Shown here one piece after another: positions 39,223-48,909 of a DNA stretch of 64,000 nt. A program made the position numbers and the translations under genes. Position 1 is the stretch's first letter; every line of letters begins with the position of its first letter. The DNA lies in the NCBI GenBank assembly GCA_964552045.1, contig CAZKFF010000002.1, positions 3,855 to 67,854 on the forward strand, given 5' to 3'. This stretch comes from an uncultured Candidatus Saccharibacteria bacterium. GTDB lineage: Bacteria; Patescibacteriota; Minisyncoccia; Phycocordibacterales; UBA918. Under the pieces are notes generated by a model. It was not told the origin of the DNA. It saw only the letters and a list, made by a program, of their open reading frames with translations, and did not search any database.

Positions 39223-39798
39223 TTATGCCTTTTCGATACGTTCCGTATACAACCTGCTCTCAGTATTGATGCTCACGATGTCTCCCTCGTTGATGAACAT
39301 CGGCACCTGCACAGTCGCTCCCGTTTCGAGCACCACCTCTTTTGTTGCGCCTGAAGAGGTATTGCCCTTTACCGCAGGGGCAGCTTCCTTCACTTTGAGC
39401 TCAACTTTCACCGGTACGGAGATGCTCATGATGGCGTCGTCGAAGACAAGCGCCTCGACAACAGAGTTTTCCTTCATGAACTCAGCGCCGTCCCCGACAA
39501 TGTCCTGCGGGAAGCTGAAGCGTTCGCGCGGGTTATCCGGCGGGCAGAAGAAATATTCTCCGCGGTTCTCATAGAGGAACTTCACATCGCGCTTCTCGAT
39601 GGTCGCTTCCTCGAGCACGTCCGCCTGGTGGAAGGTGCGGTCAACCACGCCGCCGGTGCGCAAATTCTTCATTTTGACGTTGTTGCTGGCCTTCTGGCGG
39701 TCCTTTTTTGCTATGTACGACGACAATACAAGGTACGGGTCGTCATCCATGATCACAGTCCTTTTCGGTAAGATTTCGTTGTATTGCAGTTTTGCCAT
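39223..39798 (-). CDS. efp: Elongation factor P
   Basis: KMKNLRTG, PAVKGNT, LETGA.VQVP.FI.EGD...T....Y..R. Confidence 0.93.
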   Translation of the reverse strand: MAKLQYNEILPKRTVIMDDDPYLVLSSYIAKKDRQKASNNVKMKNLRTGGVVDRTFHQADVLEEATIEKRDVKFLYENRGEYFFCPPDNPRERFSFPQDIVGDGAEFMKENSVVEALVFDDAIMSISVPVKVELKVKEAAPAVKGNTSSGATKEVVLETGATVQVPMFINEGDIVSINTESRLYTERIEKA

Positions 39799-39852
39799 AA
39801 CTTTTATAGGTTGTTTTTGGTGTTATTATAAAGCACAAGGATACTACCATAT

Positions 39853-40446
39853 ATGCTTGGACTCTCAAGTACTGACAACGCAGGAGAGCTTTCCGATGAG
39901 GAAGTGTTAGAACGGTCCCAAAAAGAGCCGTGGCTGTTTGCGGCGCTCCTTGATCGGTACCAGGATGCATTCATGCGCAAAGCGCGCTCCATCGTCCGAA
40001 ACGAGCAGGATGCCGAAGAGGTGGTGCAGGATGCGTTCACCAAAATATACGTGCATGCGGGAAGGTTCGAGGTACGTGAGGGCGCGAAGTTCAGTTCGTG
40101 GGCGTACCGCATTCTCATGAATACCGCGTTCACCCGGTATCAGAAACGGGTCAAAGAAGGACAGCGGTTCGTCAGCATCGACCCTGAATTCGAGCAGTTC
40201 ATCGGAGAAAAGGCGGCGCACACTGGTTTTGAGGAAAGACGCGACGCTATCGAGCGCATCCTTGCAAAATTGCCCGGCCACTTCGTCTATGTGCTCCGTC
40301 TTCACTATCTTGAGCACTGGTCGCATGCGGATATTGCGGGGGAGACAGGAGAGAGCGTCGGCACTATAAAAGCGCGGATCCACCGTGCAAAGGCAGCCTT
40401 CCGCAAGGAAAGCGAAGGCGAGGTGGAGATCCTGCTCCAGGATTAA
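39853..40446 (+). CDS. ECF RNA polymerase sigma factor
   Basis: DAEEVVQDAF, FSSWAYRI..N, region 4 GTIKARIHRAK. Confidence 0.92.
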   Translation: MLGLSSTDNAGELSDEEVLERSQKEPWLFAALLDRYQDAFMRKARSIVRNEQDAEEVVQDAFTKIYVHAGRFEVREGAKFSSWAYRILMNTAFTRYQKRVKEGQRFVSIDPEFEQFIGEKAAHTGFEERRDAIERILAKLPGHFVYVLRLHYLEHWSHADIAGETGESVGTIKARIHRAKAAFRKESEGEVEILLQD

Positions 40447-40501
40447 GGATGCGATGTAGCGCAACTTTTTGCGCACGGGTGCAGTTACCAAGGATGAATC
40501 T

Positions 40502-40828
40502 ATGACACAACATATATCATCATTACAAAAGAAGATCATGCGCCGGGTGTATTACGCGTTCGCGCTGCGCATCGCATCGCATCCGGTTGTCGTGCACGGA
40601 ACACTGCTGTGTGCGAGCGTTTTTGTGCTCTCGCGGCTGGTCAATGTGGCAAGTATCCTCAACAATATCAGCAATCTGCGGGTAGGGGACCTCGACAATT
40701 ATCTGTTCAACACATTCATGCACACCGAATTCTGGACGCTCGCAACCTTCGGTCTCATCCTGTTCTCGCTCCTCTCATTGCCGCTCAGTCTCAAAGCGCC
40801 GAACGTGCATAAGGTGCAGACAGCATAA
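40502..40828 (+). CDS. Membrane protein, candidate anti-sigma factor
   Basis: Two TMs, immediately downstream of the ECF sigma gene. Confidence 0.6.
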   Translation: MTQHISSLQKKIMRRVYYAFALRIASHPVVVHGTLLCASVFVLSRLVNVASILNNISNLRVGDLDNYLFNTFMHTEFWTLATFGLILFSLLSLPLSLKAPNVHKVQTA

Positions 40829-40870
40829 AAAGAGATACACAAAAAGCGGGGCAGCCCCCCGCTTTTTTGA

Positions 40871-41941
40871 TCACCCTTTCGCTTCTTCTTTCATTGCCGC
40901 GCGTATGTGCTTGAGTATTTCATTGAGCAGCTTCTTGTCTTCCTTCAGCGTTGTCCGTGCAGCGTCATAGCCGCGTCCGAGCTTCACGGTTGCAGACTCG
41001 TCCGCTCCCGGGGGAGTGTAGCTGTATGCACTTCCTGATTTCGCAATGAGCTTGTATTTCTCTCCGAGCGCGAGTATCTCTCCTTCAACCGAGATGCCTT
41101 CACCATAGATAAGGTCGAATTCCGTGGTGCGGAACGGTGCAGCCACCTTGTTCTTCACGACTTTGACCCGGTGCCGTCCCCCGACGACCTCGTCTCCTTT
41201 CTTTATCTGGGCGATACGGCGGATATCGAGCCGGACCGATGTGTAGAATTTGAGCGCCTTTCCGCCGGGAGTGGTCTCCGGATTGCCGAACATGACGCCG
41301 ATCTGCATGCGGATCTGATTGATGAAAATGACGATCGTGTGCGACTTGGCGACAATGGCGGTGAGCTTGCGGAGCGCCTGGCTCATGAGTCTGGCCTGCT
41401 TGCCCACATGATGGGCGCCCATTTCGCCCTCTATCTCGTCTTTTGGCGTGAGCGCCGCCACAGAGTCGATAACGACGACGCTGATCTTTCCAGAACGGAC
41501 GAGTGACTCAACGATCTCAAGCGCCTGCTCGCCATTATCCGGCTGGGAGATCAGAAGCTCATCGAGCTTCACGCCGATATTCTTCGCATACTCAGGATCA
41601 AGCGCATGTTCCGCGTCGATAAACGCGCAGATACCGCCTTTCTTCTGTGCTTCGGCGATCACATGAAGCGAGAGAGTGGTCTTGCCTGAGGATTCAGGGC
41701 CGTATATCTCAATAATGCGTCCCTGCGGCATGCCGCCGACGCCTAATGCGTCATCAAGGCCGAGCGATCCGGTTGAGATGGAATCGACATTGACCTTCGT
41801 CGTCTCATCAAGCGTCATGATCGCCTCGTCGCCGAACTTGGTCTTGAGGCTTCGCAGTGTCTCGGCGAGGTCTGACGCTCCCGAATCCTGTTCCTCAGAT
41901 TTCGGCGCTGCTGTCTTCTGTGCGGTTTTTTTCGTTGCCAT
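40871..41941 (-). CDS. recA: Recombinase RecA
   Basis: [38 protein letters not shown]. Confidence 0.99.
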   Translation of the reverse strand: MATKKTAQKTAAPKSEEQDSGASDLAETLRSLKTKFGDEAIMTLDETTKVNVDSISTGSLGLDDALGVGGMPQGRIIEIYGPESSGKTTLSLHVIAEAQKKGGICAFIDAEHALDPEYAKNIGVKLDELLISQPDNGEQALEIVESLVRSGKISVVVIDSVAALTPKDEIEGEMGAHHVGKQARLMSQALRKLTAIVAKSHTIVIFINQIRMQIGVMFGNPETTPGGKALKFYTSVRLDIRRIAQIKKGDEVVGGRHRVKVVKNKVAAPFRTTEFDLIYGEGISVEGEILALGEKYKLIAKSGSAYSYTPPGADESATVKLGRGYDAARTTLKEDKKLLNEILKHIRAAMKEEAKG

Positions 41942-41947
41942 ATCTTG

Positions 41948-42349
41948 CTATTGGTTAATTACTACATTATCGCTCTGTTGATCCTCCGAAAGAACGTATG
42001 TCTGCGTATGGTTGCTCACGCGGCCATAGCGGTCCTCAGCCCGCAGGGTAGCTACAGTATACCCGTTCTCCAGCACCAGCGCTTCCTTGAAATTGCCGTG
42101 CTTGTCTGTGAAGATCGGCCGGCCATTGAGTGTTATGCGAACTATGTTCTTTGCTTGACCCTCCAGCGTCACCAGACGCTCCGAGGAGATGCTTTGCGTC
42201 TGCGTCACGAATATCTGCGGTCCGGCCAGCAGGAACCGTGCCTGAAAGAGCACATACACCAGAAATACAAGCGCACAGACGCACACAGCGCTATAGATAA
42301 GTACTGTCCTAAACGTAAGCGGTGAATAAGTGATGGGGGACATGATCAA
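41948..42349 (-). CDS. Membrane-anchored Ig-like domain protein
   Basis: TM then GP.I...LNGR.I..D..G.F...L.L..GY pattern. Confidence 0.75.
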   Translation of the reverse strand: MIMSPITYSPLTFRTVLIYSAVCVCALVFLVYVLFQARFLLAGPQIFVTQTQSISSERLVTLEGQAKNIVRITLNGRPIFTDKHGNFKEALVLENGYTVATLRAEDRYGRVSNHTQTYVLSEDQQSDNVVINQ

Positions 42350-44517
42350 AATTCTTTAGTGTCTTCGCCGTAGCCGTCATCCTTGCCGATGAGTATCTCG
42401 CGCGGCTTGGAACCTTCTCCCGCGCCGATGACGCCGCGCTCCTCGAGGATGTCGATCAGACGCGCTGCCCGCGAATATCCAACGCGCAGCTTGCGCTGCA
42501 GATAGGATGTGGAGGCTTTATTCGCTTCAATGACGGCCTGTTTCGCTTCTTCATAGAGATCATCCTCCTCGTCATCATCCACCATCGATCCGAAGAACGC
42601 GTCAGCATTGCCGTCCTTAGGATCACCGTCGAGGTTGATGGAATCAAGCTCTTGTGCGCTCGACTGTTGCTTGAGGTAGGTGACCACATTCTTGAGCTCA
42701 TCCTCGGAGATAAACGCGCTCTGCAGACGTATCGGTTTAGAAAGCTCACCCGAGAGGAAGAGCATGTCTCCCTGGCCGAGGAGCTTCTCGGCCCCCACCT
42801 GGTCGAGAATGGTGCGTGAATCGATCTGCGAGGCCACCTGCAGGGCGATTCGGCTCGGCACGTTCGCCTTGATAAGACCGGTGATGACGTTCACGCTTGG
42901 CCTCTGTGTGGCGATGATGAGGTGGATGCCGACCGCACGGCTCATCTGGGCCAGACGGACAATGCATGCCTCAAGCTCCCGCGGGTATGCCTGCATGAGG
43001 TCGGAGAGCTCATCCATGACAATGACGATGTACGGCATTGGTTCCGGCAGGCCGTCCTTCTCTTCCTCAGGCGAACCCTTCCTCAGGAAGGATTCCTTCG
43101 CCGGCTTGTAGACATTGTCGTGGTACGAGCCGATATCGCGCACTTTTTCGGACTGGAGGATATCATACCGCCGTTCCATCTCCTTGATGGCCCATTTCAG
43201 CGACAGGATTGCCTTCTTCGCGTCGGTGATAACTGGCGTCAAGAGATGAGGAATGTCGTTGTACAGGGTAAGCTCCACGCGCTTCGGGTCCACCATGATG
43301 AACCGCAGCTGTTCAGGGGAATTGCGGAAGAGAAGCGAGGTGACGATCGCGTGGATCGTGACGGACTTACCCGAGCCGGTGGTACCGGCAATCAGTCCGT
43401 GCGGCATCTTTGCGACGTTTGCAAACTGCACCCTGCCGGTGATATCGCGTCCGAGTGCGACCAGAAGCGGCTTCGGCGAGTCGGTGTATTCCGGCGAGGT
43501 AAGCAAGGACGCAAGTCCGACCATCGCTTTCTGCTGGTTCGGCACTTCAATACCGACGAGTGACTTGCCCGGGATCGGCGCCTCGATACGGATAGGGGAG
43601 GCAGCGAGAGCGAGCTCAAGGTTGTTCTGGAGGCCGACGATCTTCGAGATGCGTACGCCCTCGGCAGGCTTCAGCGCGTAGCGCGTGACCGACGGCCCGA
43701 TAGAGACCTCATCCATCTCCACATCAATGCCGAAGTTCTTCAGAGTACGCTTGATGATGTTTGCATTTGCTTTGATGTCGCCTACCTTCGCCTTGCCTTT
43801 ATCCTTCTGCAGCAGTGACAGCGGCGGAGGAGCGTAGGTGCCGACGAAGTTCGACACGGCGAAGTCGCCTTCTTTGGAGCGGCCGAGCTTTCCGATGATC
43901 TTCGGACGCTTCTGTTTCGTCTCTTCCTCCGGCTCATCTTCTTCATCTTCTTCTGCTCCTTCATTGGGTTCTGCTAACAGCTCCTGCGGCATTTCAATGT
44001 TTCTGATGTCTTCGTCGTCCTCCTGAGGTTTTTCCTTACGCCGTACGAACAGCAAACCGGTGTTGAATGTGAGGAAGAGTCCTATAAGAAGCAGTGCTCC
44101 AATAATGAAGCCTGCCGCGAGCGAACCGGCAAGGTAGGTAAGCGGCACCTGGAGCGCTGCGCCGGTGATACCCCCGTAGCCCTTTTCGTAGAGCGAGAGG
44201 AATGCAAGCGAAGAGAGGAACAGAAAAGCGATCCCGATGATCTTGGACGTACTCACGTGCTCATTCTCCTTGGGGTTGAGCATGGCATATACGTAGAATG
44301 CGCAGACAAACGGCGAGAGATAGGCTCCGGTTCCGAAGAGGAATGCAAGCGCCGTATTGGTCCATTGCCCGACCATGCCTGCATAGTTGAACAATGAAAG
44401 GGCAAGGAAAATGCCCAGTACGACAAAGCCGACTGCGCCTATTGCCTGTTTGGTCTGGGGTGAAAGATCGTCAAAAAAACTGTGCTTGGGTTTCTGTTTG
44501 CTCGCGCGTTTAGGCAT
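42346..44517 (-). CDS. ftsK: DNA translocase FtsK/SpoIIIE
   Basis: N-terminal TMs, GTTGSGKS, DPKRVEL, ATQRPS, gamma domain LQRKLRVGYSRAAR. Confidence 0.97.
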   Translation of the reverse strand: MPKRASKQKPKHSFFDDLSPQTKQAIGAVGFVVLGIFLALSLFNYAGMVGQWTNTALAFLFGTGAYLSPFVCAFYVYAMLNPKENEHVSTSKIIGIAFLFLSSLAFLSLYEKGYGGITGAALQVPLTYLAGSLAAGFIIGALLLIGLFLTFNTGLLFVRRKEKPQEDDEDIRNIEMPQELLAEPNEGAEEDEEDEPEEETKQKRPKIIGKLGRSKEGDFAVSNFVGTYAPPPLSLLQKDKGKAKVGDIKANANIIKRTLKNFGIDVEMDEVSIGPSVTRYALKPAEGVRISKIVGLQNNLELALAASPIRIEAPIPGKSLVGIEVPNQQKAMVGLASLLTSPEYTDSPKPLLVALGRDITGRVQFANVAKMPHGLIAGTTGSGKSVTIHAIVTSLLFRNSPEQLRFIMVDPKRVELTLYNDIPHLLTPVITDAKKAILSLKWAIKEMERRYDILQSEKVRDIGSYHDNVYKPAKESFLRKGSPEEEKDGLPEPMPYIVIVMDELSDLMQAYPRELEACIVRLAQMSRAVGIHLIIATQRPSVNVITGLIKANVPSRIALQVASQIDSRTILDQVGAEKLLGQGDMLFLSGELSKPIRLQSAFISEDELKNVVTYLKQQSSAQELDSINLDGDPKDGNADAFFGSMVDDDEEDDLYEEAKQAVIEANKASTSYLQRKLRVGYSRAARLIDILEERGVIGAGEGSKPREILIGKDDGYGEDTKEF

Positions 44518-44684
44518 ATGAATACGTTAAATACTCCAACATCATACCATGCTCCATTTCTGCAAATTACGGCCCAAAATAAAGACACATCCGTTCCTAA
44601 AGGACTTGCGCGCTGCCGCAAAAAGTATATAGTACATATCAGACTGTCCTAGAAAAATATTTATATGGTGTTAAGGACATACTA

Positions 44685-45407
44685 ATGAACAACAAAGACA
44701 ACTCAATAAACGACAGTAATTTCTCAAAGCTGCTCAATAATGACAATTACTACAGGCATATTTTTAAAAAGACAGAAAAAATAGTATCTGTTGTCTTTTA
44801 CATACTCAACAATACCGACATTGAGAAAAAGTCAGAGACACTTATCAGCAATGTTGCAAGCAAGGCGCACTTCGCCCATGAGAACGCATTGCGTACGTTA
44901 GAGGTGAAACTCGTGTCTTCGAAAGAGGTGCTTGAGCAGTTTGCGCAGTCGCTCGTGGGCCTCGACAGCGCGTTGCGTGTTGCCGCCTCAGGCAATGCCA
45001 TCCCGCAGGAAGTGCTGCCGGTTGTGGTCAACGAGATCGACACCGTGCTCCGTGGTCTGCGAACCTACCTCCAGCAGAGTCCGAGAACGGACGATCTTTT
45101 CCTCAATCAGGGATACCCGAGCGCATTCAGTACTGAGTTTGTCCCGGCTGCGCCGAAGAAGGAGCGCACGCGCACAGCGCCACAGCAGACTCCTGCAGCG
45201 AACACAGGTGTATCCACAGCAAGCGACCGACGCGAGCGGATCAAGACGATCCTCGAAGCGAAGGGTGAGGCAACCATAAAAGACATTTCGGAAATAATCA
45301 CGGACTGTAGTGAAAAGACAATACAGCGTGAACTCAACGCCATGATCGATGAAAATCTTGTTAAAAGACAAGGCGAGCGACGATGGTCCAAATACTCAGT
45401 ATTTTAA
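44685..45407 (+). CDS. Hypothetical protein with C-terminal DeoR-like winged HTH
   Basis: RRERI...L...TIKDI....SEKTIQREL. Confidence 0.8.
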   Translation: MNNKDNSINDSNFSKLLNNDNYYRHIFKKTEKIVSVVFYILNNTDIEKKSETLISNVASKAHFAHENALRTLEVKLVSSKEVLEQFAQSLVGLDSALRVAASGNAIPQEVLPVVVNEIDTVLRGLRTYLQQSPRTDDLFLNQGYPSAFSTEFVPAAPKKERTRTAPQQTPAANTGVSTASDRRERIKTILEAKGEATIKDISEIITDCSEKTIQRELNAMIDENLVKRQGERRWSKYSVF

Positions 45408-46116
45408 ATAACTATATTGCAACTCCATCCACGTGCAGTTTGATTCAGACATATGTCTGTGAGAATGTGTCCTTTGTAATCTTTAGAGACGTACCTTCTA
45501 TAAGGGACATACTGGCATACTGTATCAGACAATGACATGGCTTGCCGCGTATTTGCAGCATCGGCATTTTTATTGTCTGGTGTTCTGCTGAGTAAGAAAT
45601 ATGGTGGCCTGTCGTCATAGATACCAGTAAGAGGGAGACGAATAGCATTGACTATTGTCGAGCTAGACCGTATGCTCCTTCGTTATAACGCGGTATATTT
45701 CCGTGCTTGAGCTATCCACAAAGATGTGCGCTCATGCACAACAAAGGACGGTATACTGTTGTTGTGTCACTCTCGGCACGCTTTTTTTTAAGCGAATGCT
45801 TGGGGTGGGATTGTTCATTGAAAATTGAATACGTACAAATTTCTACGACGCACATCGTTTCGATGGTGTGTGCTCATTGTGATGAATTAAATTTTCTGAA
45901 ACGCTTTATTCCTCTATGGTTGCAATACGAAAGACATGCAGACCGGATCCACAGCTAACCTTCATATATATGATGTTAAAGATCATGTGTATGGAGTTAG
46001 TGATATTGCGTACCCCCGGTTCTCGGGCGGTACGAAATATGAATTAATTCATATTATTAGATTAGAAGGTCCCGCTAAGGGGACAAAGAAGTAATTCTTT
46101 ATAAAGAAATTTATTT

Positions 46117-48081
46117 ATGACTATTGCAAATACATTTGCAGCAAAGGCATCAGTTGCTTTCGTTGCAGTGGCAATGGCTCTCATGATGGTTGCTCCTGCA
46201 CAGGCGCAAACAGCTGAAGAGCTTCAGGCACAAATAGATACGCTTATGGCGACTATCGCTTCACTCCAGGCTCAGGCAGGGGGTACAGCAACAGTTTCAG
46301 CTGATGCGTATGTATTTACACGATCACTTACGATCGGCTCACAGGGAGCTGACGTAACTGCTCTGCAGAACTACCTTATCGGCGCAGGCTTCTCTATCCC
46401 AGCTGGAGCAACTGGATACTTCGGTGCTCAGACTCAGGCTGCGGTAGCAGCATGGCAGACAGCTAACGGCGTTATGCCAGCAGCTGGATACTTCGGTCCT
46501 ATTTCACAGGCTAAGTACAATGCTCTCATGGCTGCAATGCCAGACACTGATGATGGTGATGCAGACTCAGATGAGGATGACTCAGACTCAGATGCAGATG
46601 TTGAGCTCTCAGGTGAGGCTTCACTCGACACTGTCGAGATCGACGAAGGTGATGACGATGAGATCGAAGAGGGTCAGGAGGCAGCTCCAGTTGCTGATAT
46701 CACTCTCGAGTTCTCAGATGGAGATGCAGAGGTTTCTCGAATCGACATCGCTCTCGAAAGTAAGGCTGGAAACGATGGAGACAATGATCCATGGGACGTA
46801 TTCGAAGAGGTTTCTCTTTGGGTAGACGGCGATGAGATCGCTTCAATCGAAGCTGATGACGAGGATAATTACCTCGACGAAGATAACGGTTCACTTCGAT
46901 TCTCAGATCTTGACTTCGTAGCTATGGAAGATGAGGAAGTTGTTGTCACTGTTGCGGTAACCCCACAGGGTTCAGTTGATGGTGCTGACGACGGAGAGAC
47001 ATGGCAGGTTGCTGTTGGTTCTATCCGATTTGTTGACGCAGATGATGTGACAACAACAGAGGACAACACAGGTGACCAGGCAGAACTCGATGGCGACTTG
47101 ACTGGTGAGACAGTTGCTGAGTTCGAAGTTGAGGAGGCTGGTGCTGGTGATGATCTTGATCTCAAGTCTTCATCAAATAACCCAGATGCAGACACTCTTC
47201 CTCTTGATGAGGACGACACTACTGAACACGAGGTATTTGCTTTCGAGCTTGATGCTGACGATTCAGACGGTGATGTAAGTCTTGAGGGTCTCACTATCGA
47301 TCTTGCACTCTCTTCAACTTCTCGTGCTCTTAACGAGGTAGTGAAGGATGTACGTGTCGAGATCGACGGTACTTCATTCAGTGCAGATGACTTCGATGGC
47401 GATGATGATACTGAAGCTGTCAACTTCGATATTGACGGTGATGCTGTCATCGCAGCTGGAGAAACTGCTGAAGTCGTGGTAGTTGTAGAGTTCGAAGACA
47501 TGGATGGCGATTCAGACCTCCAGGGCGTAACTCTTACAGCTTCTGTTGACACAGCAGATGTTGACGCTGAAGGTGAAGAATCTGGCGAAGGCGTAACCAT
47601 CGGTGGTTCTGACCAGGATGGTGATGCTCAGACACTTCGATCTGAAGGTCTCGTACTTGAGATCTCTGATGAGCCCGAAGCAACAGAGAAGTCTAAGACT
47701 GTCAGCGACACAAGCCTTGACTACGGTCAATACGTATTCGAGTTTGACGTCACTGCCTTTGGTGAGGACTTCTATGTGGATGAAGCCGCAACGACTATAG
47801 ACTTTGATCTTCTCGTTGATGGTGCAGCATCTACAACTGGTTACACAGCAAATCTCGATATCGCTGATGCTGATGATGCAGGTACTTCAGACTTCGTGAT
47901 CGAAGAGGGTACAACTGCAACATTCACGCTCACAATTGAGACAAACACAGGTCACTCTGGTTCAGCAGAAGTAATCGTCAACTCTCTTGCATACTCTGCA
48001 GCAGACGACGGTACTGAGGAACTTACAGTGGCTGCAACTCCAGATGATGACTGGACTTCAGACGCTCTCATCCTTAACTAA
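46117..48081 (+). CDS. Highly acidic surface (S-layer-like) protein with peptidoglycan-binding domain
   Basis: Signal peptide (AQA), FTRSLTIGSQGADVTALQ...GYFGAQTQAAV PG-binding motif, D/E-rich beta body, distinct codon usage. Confidence 0.85.
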   Translation: MTIANTFAAKASVAFVAVAMALMMVAPAQAQTAEELQAQIDTLMATIASLQAQAGGTATVSADAYVFTRSLTIGSQGADVTALQNYLIGAGFSIPAGATGYFGAQTQAAVAAWQTANGVMPAAGYFGPISQAKYNALMAAMPDTDDGDADSDEDDSDSDADVELSGEASLDTVEIDEGDDDEIEEGQEAAPVADITLEFSDGDAEVSRIDIALESKAGNDGDNDPWDVFEEVSLWVDGDEIASIEADDEDNYLDEDNGSLRFSDLDFVAMEDEEVVVTVAVTPQGSVDGADDGETWQVAVGSIRFVDADDVTTTEDNTGDQAELDGDLTGETVAEFEVEEAGAGDDLDLKSSSNNPDADTLPLDEDDTTEHEVFAFELDADDSDGDVSLEGLTIDLALSSTSRALNEVVKDVRVEIDGTSFSADDFDGDDDTEAVNFDIDGDAVIAAGETAEVVVVVEFEDMDGDSDLQGVTLTASVDTADVDAEGEESGEGVTIGGSDQDGDAQTLRSEGLVLEISDEPEATEKSKTVSDTSLDYGQYVFEFDVTAFGEDFYVDEAATTIDFDLLVDGAASTTGYTANLDIADADDAGTSDFVIEEGTTATFTLTIETNTGHSGSAEVIVNSLAYSAADDGTEELTVAATPDDDWTSDALILN

Positions 48082-48123
48082 TCTTAGTTAGAGTGAGTAG
48101 ACTGGATCTAGCCTAAAACTGGA

Positions 48124-48161
48124 TACAACAAAAAATCCCCTCACGGGGATTTTTTGTTGTA
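48124..48161 (+). terminator. Intrinsic terminator
   Basis: TACAACAAAAAATCCCC-tcac-GGGGATTTTTTGTTGTA. Confidence 0.8.
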
Positions 48162-48302
48162 CGGGTGTAGGGTACGTATTATCGTTCAACAAACACAAAA
48201 AGCCCGACGGCGTAGCCGTCGGGCTTTGTGTGTTTGTGCCACGTTGTTCAGTACTTTTTCATGTGCAGACGGCGTCATCTGCTATACTGGACGCATACGG
48301 TT

Positions 48303-48407
48303 ATGAAACTGTTCAATAAGAATTTTTATAAGTTTCTTTTCAGTTTTGTTGCGGTCATCGCAACAACGCTCGTGCTTGTTCTTCTGGTGGGCATTAGCAC
48401 GCACTAG
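48303..48407 (+). CDS. 34-aa single-TM microprotein (below ORF-track cutoff)
   Basis: MKLFNKNFYKFLFSFVAVIATTLVLVLLVGISTH; TATACT upstream; stops 8 bp before the next gene. Confidence 0.6.
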   Translation: MKLFNKNFYKFLFSFVAVIATTLVLVLLVGISTH

Positions 48408-48415
48408 TCTCGTCT

Positions 48416-48898
48416 ATGATACGTGTCACCGACCAGTATTTCTGGAACATTGTTTTCCTCCTTTTCTATATCGGCCTGCTTGTCATGGCGGTTATCATTC
48501 TCGATACGGAGGCGCGCATGGGGTACCCCGACCTGACGCTCCTGGATTTGTCGCTTATCACGCTGGCGTCCTTTCGCGTGACGCGCATGTTCGTCTACGA
48601 CAGCATGACCAAGTTCCTGCGCGAGCAGTTCTACGATGTGAAGATGGTCCGCAACAAAGTAATGCTCGTGAAGCCGACTGTGGGCCCGCGCCGCACGCTT
48701 GCCGACCTCATCGGCTGCCCGTGGTGCTTCGGCGTGTGGGCAACCACGTGCGTCGCGTTCTTCTACATGCTCACGCCGTACGCATATTTCCCTATACTCA
48801 TCCTTGCGCTCGCTGGTGTGGCGACATTTATACAATTGTTCGCCAACATGATCGGATGGAAGGCGGAGCAGCTCAAACGCGAAACAGAAGGCGAATAG
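48416..48898 (+). CDS. DUF1360-like membrane protein (CPWC motif)
   Basis: LASFRVTR...D...LR and L..CPWCFGVW. Confidence 0.8.
   Translation: MIRVTDQYFWNIVFLLFYIGLLVMAVIILDTEARMGYPDLTLLDLSLITLASFRVTRMFVYDSMTKFLREQFYDVKMVRNKVMLVKPTVGPRRTLADLIGCPWCFGVWATTCVAFFYMLTPYAYFPILILALAGVATFIQLFANMIGWKAEQLKRETEGE
48739..48864 (+). repeat. 126-bp direct repeat, copy 1 (3' part of DUF1360 gene)
   Basis: Matches 52121-52246 with one mismatch by eye. Confidence 0.95.
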
Positions 48899-48909
48899 TT
48901 TTTTTACCT

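Noticed and set aside
44505-44532. dif site near ftsK (also ~45954-45981)
   Set aside because: Only a partial XerD-like arm; no XerC arm.
48346-48909. Long N-terminal extension of nirK
   Set aside because: Overlaps the DUF1360 gene in another frame; ATG 48910 is the more plausible start.
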